Positions 45,935 through 55,040 of a stretch of DNA of 64,000 nucleotides are shown here, piece after piece. The DNA comes from an uncultured Acidobacteriota bacterium. Its GTDB lineage: Bacteria > Acidobacteriota > Vicinamibacteria > Vicinamibacterales > 2-12-FULL-66-21. The DNA is taken from contig CAWCQS010000011.1 in the NCBI GenBank assembly GCA_963797715.1, positions 120,802 to 184,801 of the forward strand. The letters are read 5' to 3'. The notes under the pieces are model-generated. The model saw only the letters and a list, made by a program, of their open reading frames with translations. It was not told the origin of the DNA and did no database searches. Each line of letters opens with the position of its first letter. Within the stretch, counting starts at the first letter, position 1. A program made the translations under genes and the position numbers.

Positions 45935-46486
45935 TCAAGGCTTTTGCTGACCCTCTCGCGCAATCTCGACGACGGCGCGCAGCGCAGTCGTGTACGAACG
46001 CCAGCCGAGACCCATGACTGTCCCGCGCACGGCTGCTGTGATGATGGAGTCCTGGTGAATCGAGTCTCGCGTCGCGAGGTTGGACATGTGCACTTCGATC
46101 ACCGGAAATGGCATGGCCTTGATCGCGTCGTGGATCGGCACGCTGTGGAAACTCAGGCCAGCCGCGTTGATGATCGCGCCCGCCGCATCGTCCATGTGCT
46201 GCTGCAGCGTATCGACGACCACACCCTCGTGGTTGGTCTGGATCGTCACGAGGGTGACGTTCAGTTCTTTGGCCACCGCCTCGATCTTCGCGTTGACCTG
46301 ATCGAGCGTCATCGAGCCGTAGATCGCCGGCTCGCGGCGGCCGAGCAGGTTCATGTTGGGGCCGTGAATCACCAGGATGGTGAGCCGACGGGCCGGCGCA
46401 CCCTGTTGTGGCACTTGGGTCGCCTGCGCGGCCGAGATGGCAATGCCACACACGCCGAGCAGAAAAGCGATGACGGTCGTCCGCAT
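45935..46486 (-). CDS. aroQ: Type II 3-dehydroquinate dehydratase homolog with N-terminal signal peptide
   Basis: ILVIHGPNMNLLGRREPAIYG, QTNHEG, IINAAG, IEVHMSN; N-terminal MRTTVIAFLLGVCGIAISAAQA. Confidence 0.85.
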   Translation of the reverse strand: MRTTVIAFLLGVCGIAISAAQATQVPQQGAPARRLTILVIHGPNMNLLGRREPAIYGSMTLDQVNAKIEAVAKELNVTLVTIQTNHEGVVVDTLQQHMDDAAGAIINAAGLSFHSVPIHDAIKAMPFPVIEVHMSNLATRDSIHQDSIITAAVRGTVMGLGWRSYTTALRAVVEIAREGQQKP

Positions 46487-46619
46487 TGACGAGTCTCCTG
46501 ACGGAGGATTCTACGCTGTCTGTGGCCGTCGGTGGCCATGCATGATTTTTGCAGTGGCGACGCTTTCGTGAGCGCCAGCGGCCGGATCGGCAATCGAACG
46601 TCACGGGGTAGACATCAGA

Positions 46620-47261
46620 ATGCCCTCATTGCAGAGGTTTGCTGCCCTCTGTGCAGTGGCCGCCATCTGTGCCGGGTGTTCGCGGGAGCTGCCAGCCGCA
46701 CCGCCCGCGACGTCGGCCTCGCCGGCCGACGCGCCGGCGACCAAGCGTGTTGTTGGACCGCTGTCGGAAGCAGACGCGCAGGCGCTGGCGACGATGAACG
46801 ATCGGATCAAGGGCTATCTGGCCCTGCACGACAAGTTGGAGAAGTCCTTGCCGAAGTTGCCGACGGAGGCCACTCCGCAGCAGATCGACAGCAATCAGCG
46901 CCAGCTTGAAAAACTCATGCGGTCGGTGCGGGCCAACGCGAAGCCCGGCGAGATCTTCACTGCCGACGCCCAGCCCGTGATTCGCCGTCTGTTGACCACG
47001 GTGTTTGGCGGACCAGACGGCAAGCAGCTGAAGGCCTCCATCATGGACGAGAACGTGGTGGATCCCGTGCAGCTCAAAGTCCGGGTCAACGCGCGATACC
47101 CGGATAGCGTACCGCTGACGAGCATTCCGCCGCAGGTCCTGCAGACGCTGCCGAAGCTGACCGAGGACCTGGAGTACAGGTTCGTCGGCGATTGGCTGAT
47201 TCTGCTCGACACGCACGCACACATCATTGCCGACTACATCGAGGACGCGCTGCCGAAATAG
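46620..47261 (+). CDS. Hypothetical lipoprotein
   Basis: Lipobox-like CAGC; C-terminal LPKLTEDLEYRFVGDWLILLD. Confidence 0.75.
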   Translation: MPSLQRFAALCAVAAICAGCSRELPAAPPATSASPADAPATKRVVGPLSEADAQALATMNDRIKGYLALHDKLEKSLPKLPTEATPQQIDSNQRQLEKLMRSVRANAKPGEIFTADAQPVIRRLLTTVFGGPDGKQLKASIMDENVVDPVQLKVRVNARYPDSVPLTSIPPQVLQTLPKLTEDLEYRFVGDWLILLDTHAHIIADYIEDALPK

Positions 47262-47271
47262 CGTGATCGCC

Positions 47272-48192
47272 ATGAAGACGCTGCCGAAAGTGTTCGTCGT
47301 AATCGCATGTTCATGCCTGGTGAGCATCGCCGGATGTCGAGGCAACGATGTCGAGGCTACCGCTGTCGCTGCCGAAGCGCAGCCGTCGCAGCCGGCAACG
47401 GCGCTGCCGAACAAGAGTGGATCCCTGAAGTTTGCCGTGCTCGGCGACTTCGGAACCGGCGATCGGACGCAGATGGAACTGGCGCAGCAGATGGCGTCGC
47501 TGCACCAGCGCTTCAAGTATGACTTTGTCGTGCTCGTCGGCGACAACATCTACGGGTCGGAGCGGCCCCAGGATTTCAAGAAGAAGTTCGAAGATCCGTA
47601 CAAGCCGCTGCTCGACGCCGGAGTGAAGTTCTACGCGTCGCTTGGGAACCACGATGCTCGCGAACAGCGGTACTACAAACTGTTCAACATGGAAGGCCGG
47701 CTGTACTACACGTTCAGCCCGAAGTCAGACGTCCGGTTCTTCATCCTCGAGAGCACCTATCCTGAACCCGAACAAATCAAATGGGTGGAGCAGGAGCTTG
47801 CGTCATCGGGCAGCGACTGGAAGATTGCCGTCTTCCATCATCCGCTGTACTCCTCAGGCGACCGTCACGGGTCCGACCTTCGGCTGCGCGACGTTCTCGA
47901 GCCTCTCTTTCTGAAGTACAACGTCAGCGTGGTGCTCACCGGCCACGATCACTTCTACGAGCGAGTAAAGCCTCAGAAGGGCATCGCCTACTTCGTGGTT
48001 GGATCGGGCGGTCAGTTGAGGGAGGGGAACATCGATCGGAGCACCGGCCTCACGGCAGGCGGATTCGACACGGATCTTGTGTTCCTGGCAGCCGAGATCG
48101 ATGGCAACGACATGTATTTCAACGCCATTTCTCGCAAGGGATCTGTCGTCGATTCAGGAATGCTCAGCCGCCGGCAGCCAACGTTGCCCTGA
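47272..48192 (+). CDS. Calcineurin-like metallophosphoesterase (purple acid phosphatase-like) lipoprotein
   Basis: IAGC lipobox; GDFG, GDNIY, GNHD, HHP, GHDH. Confidence 0.92.
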   Translation: MKTLPKVFVVIACSCLVSIAGCRGNDVEATAVAAEAQPSQPATALPNKSGSLKFAVLGDFGTGDRTQMELAQQMASLHQRFKYDFVVLVGDNIYGSERPQDFKKKFEDPYKPLLDAGVKFYASLGNHDAREQRYYKLFNMEGRLYYTFSPKSDVRFFILESTYPEPEQIKWVEQELASSGSDWKIAVFHHPLYSSGDRHGSDLRLRDVLEPLFLKYNVSVVLTGHDHFYERVKPQKGIAYFVVGSGGQLREGNIDRSTGLTAGGFDTDLVFLAAEIDGNDMYFNAISRKGSVVDSGMLSRRQPTLP

Positions 48193-48202
48193 CTCGTCAC
48201 AG

Positions 48203-51190
48203 TCAGGACGATGAGCGCGACCCCGCCGCGAGCGCCAGGACGACAGACACGACGGTGCTGTGGGTGATCGGCTTTGCAACGTGATAGTCGTAGCCTGCGG
48301 CCAGTGCCTTCTTCCGATCCCGGTCGCTGGCGTAGGCGGTCACCGCGGCAGCAGGCAATCGGGCTCCTGTCGGTGCCTCCTGTTTCCGCACTTCTGCGAT
48401 CAGCGCATAACCGTCCTCGCCAGGCATGCCGACGTCGGCGAGCAAGACATCCGGCCGTGTCTGTTCGATGATGCGTAAGGCGGCGGCGGCCGACGCCGCA
48501 GTGTCGACACGCGCGCCGACCTTGGTCAGGATGGCGGCCATCAAGTCCCGCGCATCCTCCTGATCGTCGACGACGAGCACCCGATACCCGTCGAGCGGAC
48601 CGGCCATCGGAGGCTCAACAGCGGGAAGCGCCTGCGGGGCCTCGCTCTCGATTGACGGCAGGCTGACGGTGAAGGTCGAGCCTTGCCCGGGACCCGCGCT
48701 TTCGGCCTGCACGCCGCCGCCGTGAAGTTCGACGAGATGCCGGACAATCGCGAGCCCGAGCCCCAAGCCGCCGTGCAACCGGCTGGCGGAGCCATCGCCC
48801 TGGCGGAATCGCTCGAAGACGTGTGGCAGAAACAGGGGCTCGATGCCGGCTCCGGTGTCGCTGACGCTGACGAGCACGCGTCGGGCGCGATCGTCACGCA
48901 GTTCGATCGTCACGGTTCCACCGGTATCGGTGAACTTGACGGCATTTGAAAGCAGGTTCCAGACAATCTGTTGGAGCCGCTGCGGATCGCCTTGCACCTG
49001 TCGCGCGGAGCCGGCGAGATGGGACACGAGGCGGAGGTTCTTCGCCGCCGCCGCGGGACGGACTGCGTCGAGCGCGGCACCAATCACGGAGGCCATGTCG
49101 ACCGGACGTGGATCGAGCCGCAAGCCACCAGTGATGATCCGCGACACGTCGAGGATATCGGCCACGAGCCTGGCCAGCAATTGCGCGTTGCGATCGATCA
49201 CCTCCAGGGCACGCGTGGTGCTCCGCGGGTCCATCGTGCCATCGAGCAGCAGTCGAGTCCAGCCGACGATGGCGTTGAGGGGCGTCCGCAGTTCGTGCGA
49301 GAGCGTTGCGAGAAACTCATCCTTCGCCCGGTTGGCGGCCTCGGCTTCGGTGCGAGCTCGAGCCTCGCGCGCGAGCAGTTCCTCGCGTTCGTGTTCCGCC
49401 TGCACGCGCGCCGTGAGATCGCGCACGAATCCGGTGAAGAGCGTTGCGTCGCCTTCGGATACCTTGCTGATGGCGACCTCGACCGGAAATTCGTGCCCAT
49501 CAGCGTGGCAGGCGACTGTCTCGACGCGGCGGTCGATGAAAGGCCCAATTCCCGTCGCCAGGTACCGGCTCAGGCCATCGCGGTGCTGCTGGCGTAATCG
49601 AGCCGGGATGATCGTGGCCGCGAGGTCCCGGCCAAGGACGTCGTCGCGGGAACAACCAAACATTCGGACCGCGGCAGGATTGAACTCGGTGATGGTGCCG
49701 GTCTGACTCATCCCGATCACCGCGTCAATGGCCGTGTTCACGATCGCCAACGTCCGTCGCTGTTCTTGCGCGACGGCCTCCTCCTCGCGCTTTCGTCCGA
49801 TGAACTGGCCAACCTGGTTTCCCACGGCCGACATGGTGCGGAGCAAGTCGGCATCCGGAGGCACGATGGTGCGGTGAAAACACTCGATGACCCCGAGCAC
49901 CTCGTCGCCCAGGGAAATCGGCAGGCCGAATGCACCGTGCAGGCCGGCCTCGCGCGCGCCGCCCGCCCGCGGGAAGTTGACATCTTCCACAACGTTTTCA
50001 ATCCACGCCGGTTCGGCGCTCTCGAGCACACGTCCCGGTAGACCAACGCCCGAACGGAACGCCAGCTCGCGTGTCGCCTTTTCGAAGGCGGGAGCGGATA
50101 CCCCGGGTTCGGTCCAACACGCAACCGAGTGCAGTCGTCGATCGGAGGTGTCCAGGAGCCAGAGGGCTCCGGCCTGCCATTCAAGGTTCTCGCAGAGTCC
50201 GCGCAGGATGGCCGGGGCTGCCGTCGTCACGTCTGGCGCTTGCGCGAGCACGTCGCCGACCGCGTGCGCGGCGGCGCGGCGGCGTTCGCCGGTCTTGCGC
50301 TCGGCGATGGCAGCGGCCAGCAGCAGGCCGGTACCGGCAAGCACGGCCATGAACACCTGCAAGAGGATAAGGCTGTCGTGCAGCTCCGCACCGGCGAAGG
50401 GCCCGGCGCCGCGAACGGTGTGCCACAGCGTGACCGCGGACGCCCCGAGCACCACTAACGATGTGGCCGGCTGTCCACGACGCACCGCCGCGGCAATGAC
50501 GAAGGGAAAGATGACGTATTCCAGCGGATGGTGGGCGGCCGCTGGTCCGAACGCCTCGCCGAACACGACATGCAGCGCGAGCACGGCGCCCGCGATCAGT
50601 AGAAGTGTTTCGAGAACCTCAGGTCGTGACCATCGGTGCGCTCGCAGCGTCAGGATCGCCGGCGCAACGATCAGTACGCCGACGGCATCGCCCAGCCACC
50701 AGTCGCGCCACAAACGTCCGAAGCGCTCCAGCGGTTGCACGCCAGCCAGCGCGAGCGTTGTGACACCAACGGTCGCACTAATCGTCGTGCTGGCGACAGC
50801 GCCGAGCGCGACGAGCGCCACGACATCCCGTATGCGTCGAAGGCGGGAGTCGAATCGAACGACCCGGCGCAGGAGCCACGCCGCGGCAACGGCCTCGAGG
50901 GTGTTGCCGGTCGCGACAACACCGGCAGTCCAGATCGGTGCGACGGCGCCGGCGTTCGCGACGAACGCGCCGACCCAAATCGCGGGCCAGAGCGATGGTC
51001 CCCACAGCAGCAGCGCCGCGAGACCGATCCCCGCTGGTGCCCAGACCGTCGTGACCTGCTCGGCGACGAACGCAAACCGGAAGCCGACGAGCGCGGCGGC
51101 GACGTAGGCGACGGCGACGGCCACGCCGGCGCCAATCAATCCTGGTGCAACGTGAGTGCGGTTGGACTGCGCCGAGCGATGATCAGCCAT
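48203..51190 (-). CDS. Hybrid sensor histidine kinase (MASE1-GAF-PAS-HisKA-HATPase-REC)
   Basis: WAPAG..WWLGD MASE1; GVGLPGRV GAF; EFNPAA..EFPVE PAS; LSHELRTPL; NLLSNAVKF; GLGLGL; ADVGMPGEDG. Confidence 0.95.
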   Translation of the reverse strand: MADHRSAQSNRTHVAPGLIGAGVAVAVAYVAAALVGFRFAFVAEQVTTVWAPAGIGLAALLLWGPSLWPAIWVGAFVANAGAVAPIWTAGVVATGNTLEAVAAAWLLRRVVRFDSRLRRIRDVVALVALGAVASTTISATVGVTTLALAGVQPLERFGRLWRDWWLGDAVGVLIVAPAILTLRAHRWSRPEVLETLLLIAGAVLALHVVFGEAFGPAAAHHPLEYVIFPFVIAAAVRRGQPATSLVVLGASAVTLWHTVRGAGPFAGAELHDSLILLQVFMAVLAGTGLLLAAAIAERKTGERRRAAAHAVGDVLAQAPDVTTAAPAILRGLCENLEWQAGALWLLDTSDRRLHSVACWTEPGVSAPAFEKATRELAFRSGVGLPGRVLESAEPAWIENVVEDVNFPRAGGAREAGLHGAFGLPISLGDEVLGVIECFHRTIVPPDADLLRTMSAVGNQVGQFIGRKREEEAVAQEQRRTLAIVNTAIDAVIGMSQTGTITEFNPAAVRMFGCSRDDVLGRDLAATIIPARLRQQHRDGLSRYLATGIGPFIDRRVETVACHADGHEFPVEVAISKVSEGDATLFTGFVRDLTARVQAEHEREELLAREARARTEAEAANRAKDEFLATLSHELRTPLNAIVGWTRLLLDGTMDPRSTTRALEVIDRNAQLLARLVADILDVSRIITGGLRLDPRPVDMASVIGAALDAVRPAAAAKNLRLVSHLAGSARQVQGDPQRLQQIVWNLLSNAVKFTDTGGTVTIELRDDRARRVLVSVSDTGAGIEPLFLPHVFERFRQGDGSASRLHGGLGLGLAIVRHLVELHGGGVQAESAGPGQGSTFTVSLPSIESEAPQALPAVEPPMAGPLDGYRVLVVDDQEDARDLMAAILTKVGARVDTAASAAAALRIIEQTRPDVLLADVGMPGEDGYALIAEVRKQEAPTGARLPAAAVTAYASDRDRKKALAAGYDYHVAKPITHSTVVSVVLALAAGSRSSS

Positions 51191-51336
51191 GGTGACGCGG
51201 AGCGCGCCGACGCCGACGTAACGCTGCAGCCATTCTGCGGCTCCGCATCATACCCGCTGCCACCGGTTCCCACAACGAATCCGATACGTGCTATCACTGA
51301 GAGAGCAATGCCAGCGCGAACGAAGGACATACGCCC

Positions 51337-52311
51337 ATGAACCGATATCTCGCGTCCGCGGCATTGATCGTGTGTGCCCTGATCGCTGTGAGCGCCACGC
51401 AGGAACCCCCGCAGCCGCAGCAGCGGCAACCCGTGTTTCGCGGCGCAAGTGAAGCGGTGCGCGTCTTTGCGACGGTCACGGACCGCGATGGCCGGCTGGC
51501 CACGAACCTGACGCAAACCGACTTCGAGGTACGCGATGAAGGCAAGCCGCAGCCGATCACGCAGTTCGACAACACGCCACAACCGATACGCCTCGTCGTG
51601 ATGCTCGACGTGTCCGGCAGCATGGAAGGCAACATTCCGCTGCTCCGCGCCGCCGGCGCGCAACTCTTCCCGCGGTTATTGAAGGACGACGTCGCGCGGA
51701 TCGGGAGCTTCGGCCACGAGGTGACCATCAGCCCGGCATTTACCAACGACAGCCGCGAGCTGACCGCCGCATTGCCAACCATGATCATGCCAGACGCGCC
51801 CACGCCGCTCTGGCGAGCCATCGATCAGGCGATGGGAGCGTTTGGCACCGAAGACGATCGGCGGAAGGTGATTCTCGTGCTGAGCGACGGCAAGGACAGC
51901 GGCCCCATCAGCTTCCGCGAGCGGCCGTCGAGTCAGGCCGACGCCATCGATCGGGCGCGGCGCGACGACGTGATGATCTACGCGATTGGCATGCGCAGCC
52001 GGCCACGACAGCGCCAGATACCGCCTGGCGGAATGGGCCCCGGCGGGCTGCAGGCCATGCTCGTCGCCGATTTGCCCGACGCGGGCCTCGCTCGGGTCGC
52101 AGAGGAAACCGGCGGCGGCTACATCGAGATCCGCTACGGCCAGGATCTCGGCGCCGCGTTTGCCGGCGTCGCCGACGAACTCCACACGCAGTACTTGCTC
52201 GCATTCACCCCGCCCAAGCGTGATGGCAAAGTGCACGAGGTGAGCGTTCGGGTGACGCCGGGCGGCCTCAAGACACGGGCCAAAAAGACCTACGTCGCTC
52301 CGAAAGATTAG
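51337..52311 (+). CDS. VWA domain-containing protein, Acidobacterial type
   Basis: Signal peptide; MIDAS DVSGS, TPLW, VLSDGKD, AEETGG, ELHTQYLL. Confidence 0.92.
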   Translation: MNRYLASAALIVCALIAVSATQEPPQPQQRQPVFRGASEAVRVFATVTDRDGRLATNLTQTDFEVRDEGKPQPITQFDNTPQPIRLVVMLDVSGSMEGNIPLLRAAGAQLFPRLLKDDVARIGSFGHEVTISPAFTNDSRELTAALPTMIMPDAPTPLWRAIDQAMGAFGTEDDRRKVILVLSDGKDSGPISFRERPSSQADAIDRARRDDVMIYAIGMRSRPRQRQIPPGGMGPGGLQAMLVADLPDAGLARVAEETGGGYIEIRYGQDLGAAFAGVADELHTQYLLAFTPPKRDGKVHEVSVRVTPGGLKTRAKKTYVAPKD

Positions 52312-52314
52312 AGC

Positions 52315-52409
52315 CGCGGATTCCACGGACGGCACCGAGGGACAATGCGCCACGGATGACAGCCACGGATTACACGGATGAGACCGACGGGCACCGGCAC
52401 CGCCACGGA
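52315..52409 (+). repeat. Cluster of short CACGGA direct repeats
   Basis: CACGGA at 52324, 52351, 52364, 52373 and 52404, plus CGCGGA at 52315. Confidence 0.6.
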
Positions 52410-52464
52410 CTCTGACACTTTGCCATGGCACGGAAGGCAGTATGACGTGGCTCCAGGGCGCCGG

Positions 52465-52492
52465 TGAACCCGAAACCCGATGCGTGCCGTCT
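52465..52492 (+). promoter_or_regulatory. Probable ECF-type autoregulatory promoter
   Basis: TGAACC-N17-CGTCT directly upstream of the ECF sigma gene. Confidence 0.5.
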
Positions 52493-52504
52493 TGCGAGTA
52501 GTTG

Positions 52505-53068
52505 ATGCATGAATTCGCCAGCCGGCCACTCGGGACGCTCGTGACGCTCAGCGCCGACCTCGAACAGGAGTTCGAGGACCGGTTACGCGAATCGTCCAGC
52601 TTGGCGGTCCGGGTCGCCTACGGCGTCCTTCGCCACCGCCAGGATGCCGAAGAAGTCGCGCAGGAGGCCTTCGCCAAAGCCCATTCCCGCTTCCTGCAGC
52701 TCCGCGATCGGAACAGCTTTCGGGCGTGGCTGGTTCGGATGACGTGGCGGTTGGCGATCGACCGCTGGCGTTCGGATCGTCGGCGGACCGCTCGTGAGCA
52801 GACGGCGCAGAGCGAGGCGGGAGAGGACACCGCGGAAGGCATGGTCATCGCGCGCGAGCGGGCAGAGCAGCTCTGGCGAGCGATCGAGGATCTGCCCGAC
52901 AAGCTCCGTGAAGCGATTGTGTTGTCGGCGATCCAGGGTTACGACGTGCGCGAAGTCGCGCAGCTCCTCGGCCTGCCTGAAGGCACGGTGAAGTCGAGGT
53001 TGTTCCTGGCCCGGAAGGGCCTGGCTCAGAGGCTCCAATGTCTTGTGAACGACACACAGGCGCGATAG
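52505..53068 (+). CDS. ECF RNA polymerase sigma factor
   Basis: DAEEVAQEAF, FRAWLVR, region 4 EVAQLLGLPEGTVKSRL. Confidence 0.93.
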   Translation: MHEFASRPLGTLVTLSADLEQEFEDRLRESSSLAVRVAYGVLRHRQDAEEVAQEAFAKAHSRFLQLRDRNSFRAWLVRMTWRLAIDRWRSDRRRTAREQTAQSEAGEDTAEGMVIARERAEQLWRAIEDLPDKLREAIVLSAIQGYDVREVAQLLGLPEGTVKSRLFLARKGLAQRLQCLVNDTQAR

Positions 53069-53793
53069 TCGATTACGCGTGCGGCGCGGAGATCGCAGCA
53101 GAGGCCGCCGCGCATTTGCAAACGTGCGCGTCGTGCCAACGCATGTTCGCCGAGCAGCAGCGCTTGGTGGAGGGGATCGATCAAGAGCTGCAGCTGGCGC
53201 TCGAGATCGAGCCGTCGCCGGGGTTCGTGCCCGACGTCCTGGCGCGCGTGCAGCGCCCGGCGTTCCCGTGGCGCACCGTGATGTGGTGGGGCGCCCCGGC
53301 GGCTGCGGCTGCCGCTCTGATTCTCGTCGTGCTTGGCTGGCCGCGAGTGACCGGCAGCAACCTCCCGATCGGCACGATCCTCCGGTGCTGTCGACTGACC
53401 GACTCCACCCGCGCTGGATCCTATGCCGCCGGCGGTGGAACCTGTGCCATCGAAGGTCGTGACGTCGAAGAGTCCCGGAGGGCAGTCGCGCCGCAGAGTG
53501 AGGCGCGAGGCGGCGTTCGCGCCCGCGAGCCGTGGTCGAGCAGCCGATGCATCGTGTCGAAGCCGAGGTCATGGTCCCGCAGGAGCCGGCGCGGGCGGTG
53601 TCGCGTTACTTGACGCTCGTCCGCCGAGGCGCGATCGACACCTCGACGCTCGTGGCTCCGTAGAGGGGTCAGCGTTGACGTCGCACCAACGGAGCTGGCC
53701 ATCTCGCCGATTTCTGTCGACGCGGTCGTGATGACAGATGCAGAGAACAGAATCGGTCCCGGCGGCGATCGACGCGGGCCGGGATTGCGATAA
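53038..53793 (+). CDS. Zinc-finger (ZAS) membrane anti-sigma factor (frameshifts in the C-terminal half)
   Basis: C...HLQTCASC motif followed by a TM segment; overlaps the sigma stop codon. Confidence 0.75.
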
Positions 53794-53805
53794 GGAGTGT
53801 GTGGC

Positions 53806-54411
53806 ATGAGGAAGGTATTCGGTCTGGCAGTGGCAATCGCTGTGGTGGCGATGATGCCCATCGCTGCGCAGGACAAGCCGCAGCCGGCGCCGCCACCGGC
53901 GCAGGCGTCTCCCTCGGGCGGGGGACGTCAGGTGCCCTTGAAGGTTCAGCTCACCCTATCGAAATTCATGGGTGAAAAGAAAATCAGCAGCGTGCCTTAC
54001 ATGATGGGCGTCCTGACGAACGCGCAGAAGACGAGCCTGCGCATGGGTGTGCAGGTGCCGGTCATGCAAACGGTGTTTGGCGCGAAGGGCGACGGCACTG
54101 CCGGCACCGTGCCCCAAAGCAGCTACACCTATCGGGACGTCGGAACGAACATTGACTGTCAGGCATCCGACGTCGGCAACGGCTTGTTCAATCTCGTCTT
54201 CACGATTGACGACTCGACGATCCATTCGGATGCATCGGGCGAGCCGGCCGACCAGAAGAAGATCATGCGCGACGTCCCGGCATTTCGCTCATTCCGTGCC
54301 AGCTTTGCCATGCTTCTGCGGGATGGTCAGTCGATGCAGTACGCGTCAGCGACCGATCCCATCAGTGGCGAGGTCATGAAGATCGACGTGATGGTGTCGC
54401 TGGCCAAGTAG
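53806..54411 (+). CDS. Secreted hypothetical protein with secretin-like beta-domain motif
   Basis: Signal peptide; SLRMGVQVPV...YTYRDVGTNIDC; AAGGAG RBS. Confidence 0.7.
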   Translation: MRKVFGLAVAIAVVAMMPIAAQDKPQPAPPPAQASPSGGGRQVPLKVQLTLSKFMGEKKISSVPYMMGVLTNAQKTSLRMGVQVPVMQTVFGAKGDGTAGTVPQSSYTYRDVGTNIDCQASDVGNGLFNLVFTIDDSTIHSDASGEPADQKKIMRDVPAFRSFRASFAMLLRDGQSMQYASATDPISGEVMKIDVMVSLAK

Positions 54412-54437
54412 CTCCGAGCCAGGGACTGGGAACACAC

Positions 54438-54469
54438 GACGAGTCGCCGGCGGTGGCGGGCGACTCGTC
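54438..54469. terminator. Hairpin between convergent genes
   Basis: GACGAGTCGCC-10 nt-GGCGACTCGTC perfect 11-bp stem. Confidence 0.55.
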
Positions 54470-54514
54470 CTCGAATACGGTTGGAAGGGGACGCGTCTTG
54501 TCCAGAGACTCTGC

Positions 54515-55000
54515 TCATCCGTTTGTGGACGGCACTGCCAAGGCGGTTGAGACGAGATAGTAGATGTCCGTCCGAATCCGAGACGGATCGTTATTCCACT
54601 CGGTTTGCCAGTGACCGTATATCTCCCAACTGGGACCGGCGAGACGGTGATTGTTCTCGACACACCACCGGCGAACAGCATCGTGCGCTGCGCCGAGGCC
54701 GCCGTACGGCCCGTAGTGGGTTGTCGATGCGACGGCACCCGCGGGAGTTGAGGACCTCACGACTTCACCGTCCTCGGCAAACGGTCCGATGAGCTCGACG
54801 CCGACCTCGAGCCGAATGCTGCCATCCCAATAGATAGCGACGTGACGACCGGCCTCGGTCTTTTGCGCACGCACGACGTTCCACACCAGGCCACAGCATT
54901 CAGGTACCACGCGAGCGAGGTCTCGCGCATTCGCCTGTCGCCGAACGACCGCGAGCGGCACACTTTCGAGCTGGTTGAGTTGGACGTCGTAACAAGTCAT
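54515..55000 (-). CDS. GyrI-like small-molecule binding domain protein
   Basis: PAGAVASTTHYGPYGGLGAAHDAV..WC, GPSWEIYGHW, RTDIYY. Confidence 0.85.
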   Translation of the reverse strand: MTCYDVQLNQLESVPLAVVRRQANARDLARVVPECCGLVWNVVRAQKTEAGRHVAIYWDGSIRLEVGVELIGPFAEDGEVVRSSTPAGAVASTTHYGPYGGLGAAHDAVRRWCVENNHRLAGPSWEIYGHWQTEWNNDPSRIRTDIYYLVSTALAVPSTNG

Positions 55001-55040
55001 CACGTTCTTCTCGATGTGCTGAATTGCTGCTGGCACTGGC

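Noticed and set aside
45045-46604. 519-aa ORF suggesting a ThuA fusion
   Set aside because: Its N-terminal part is an off-frame read through aroQ; the real ThuA starts near 45929 with its own signal peptide
52312-52410. Possible mini CRISPR array
   Set aside because: Repeat units are only 6-9 bp with irregular spacing, and there are no cas genes
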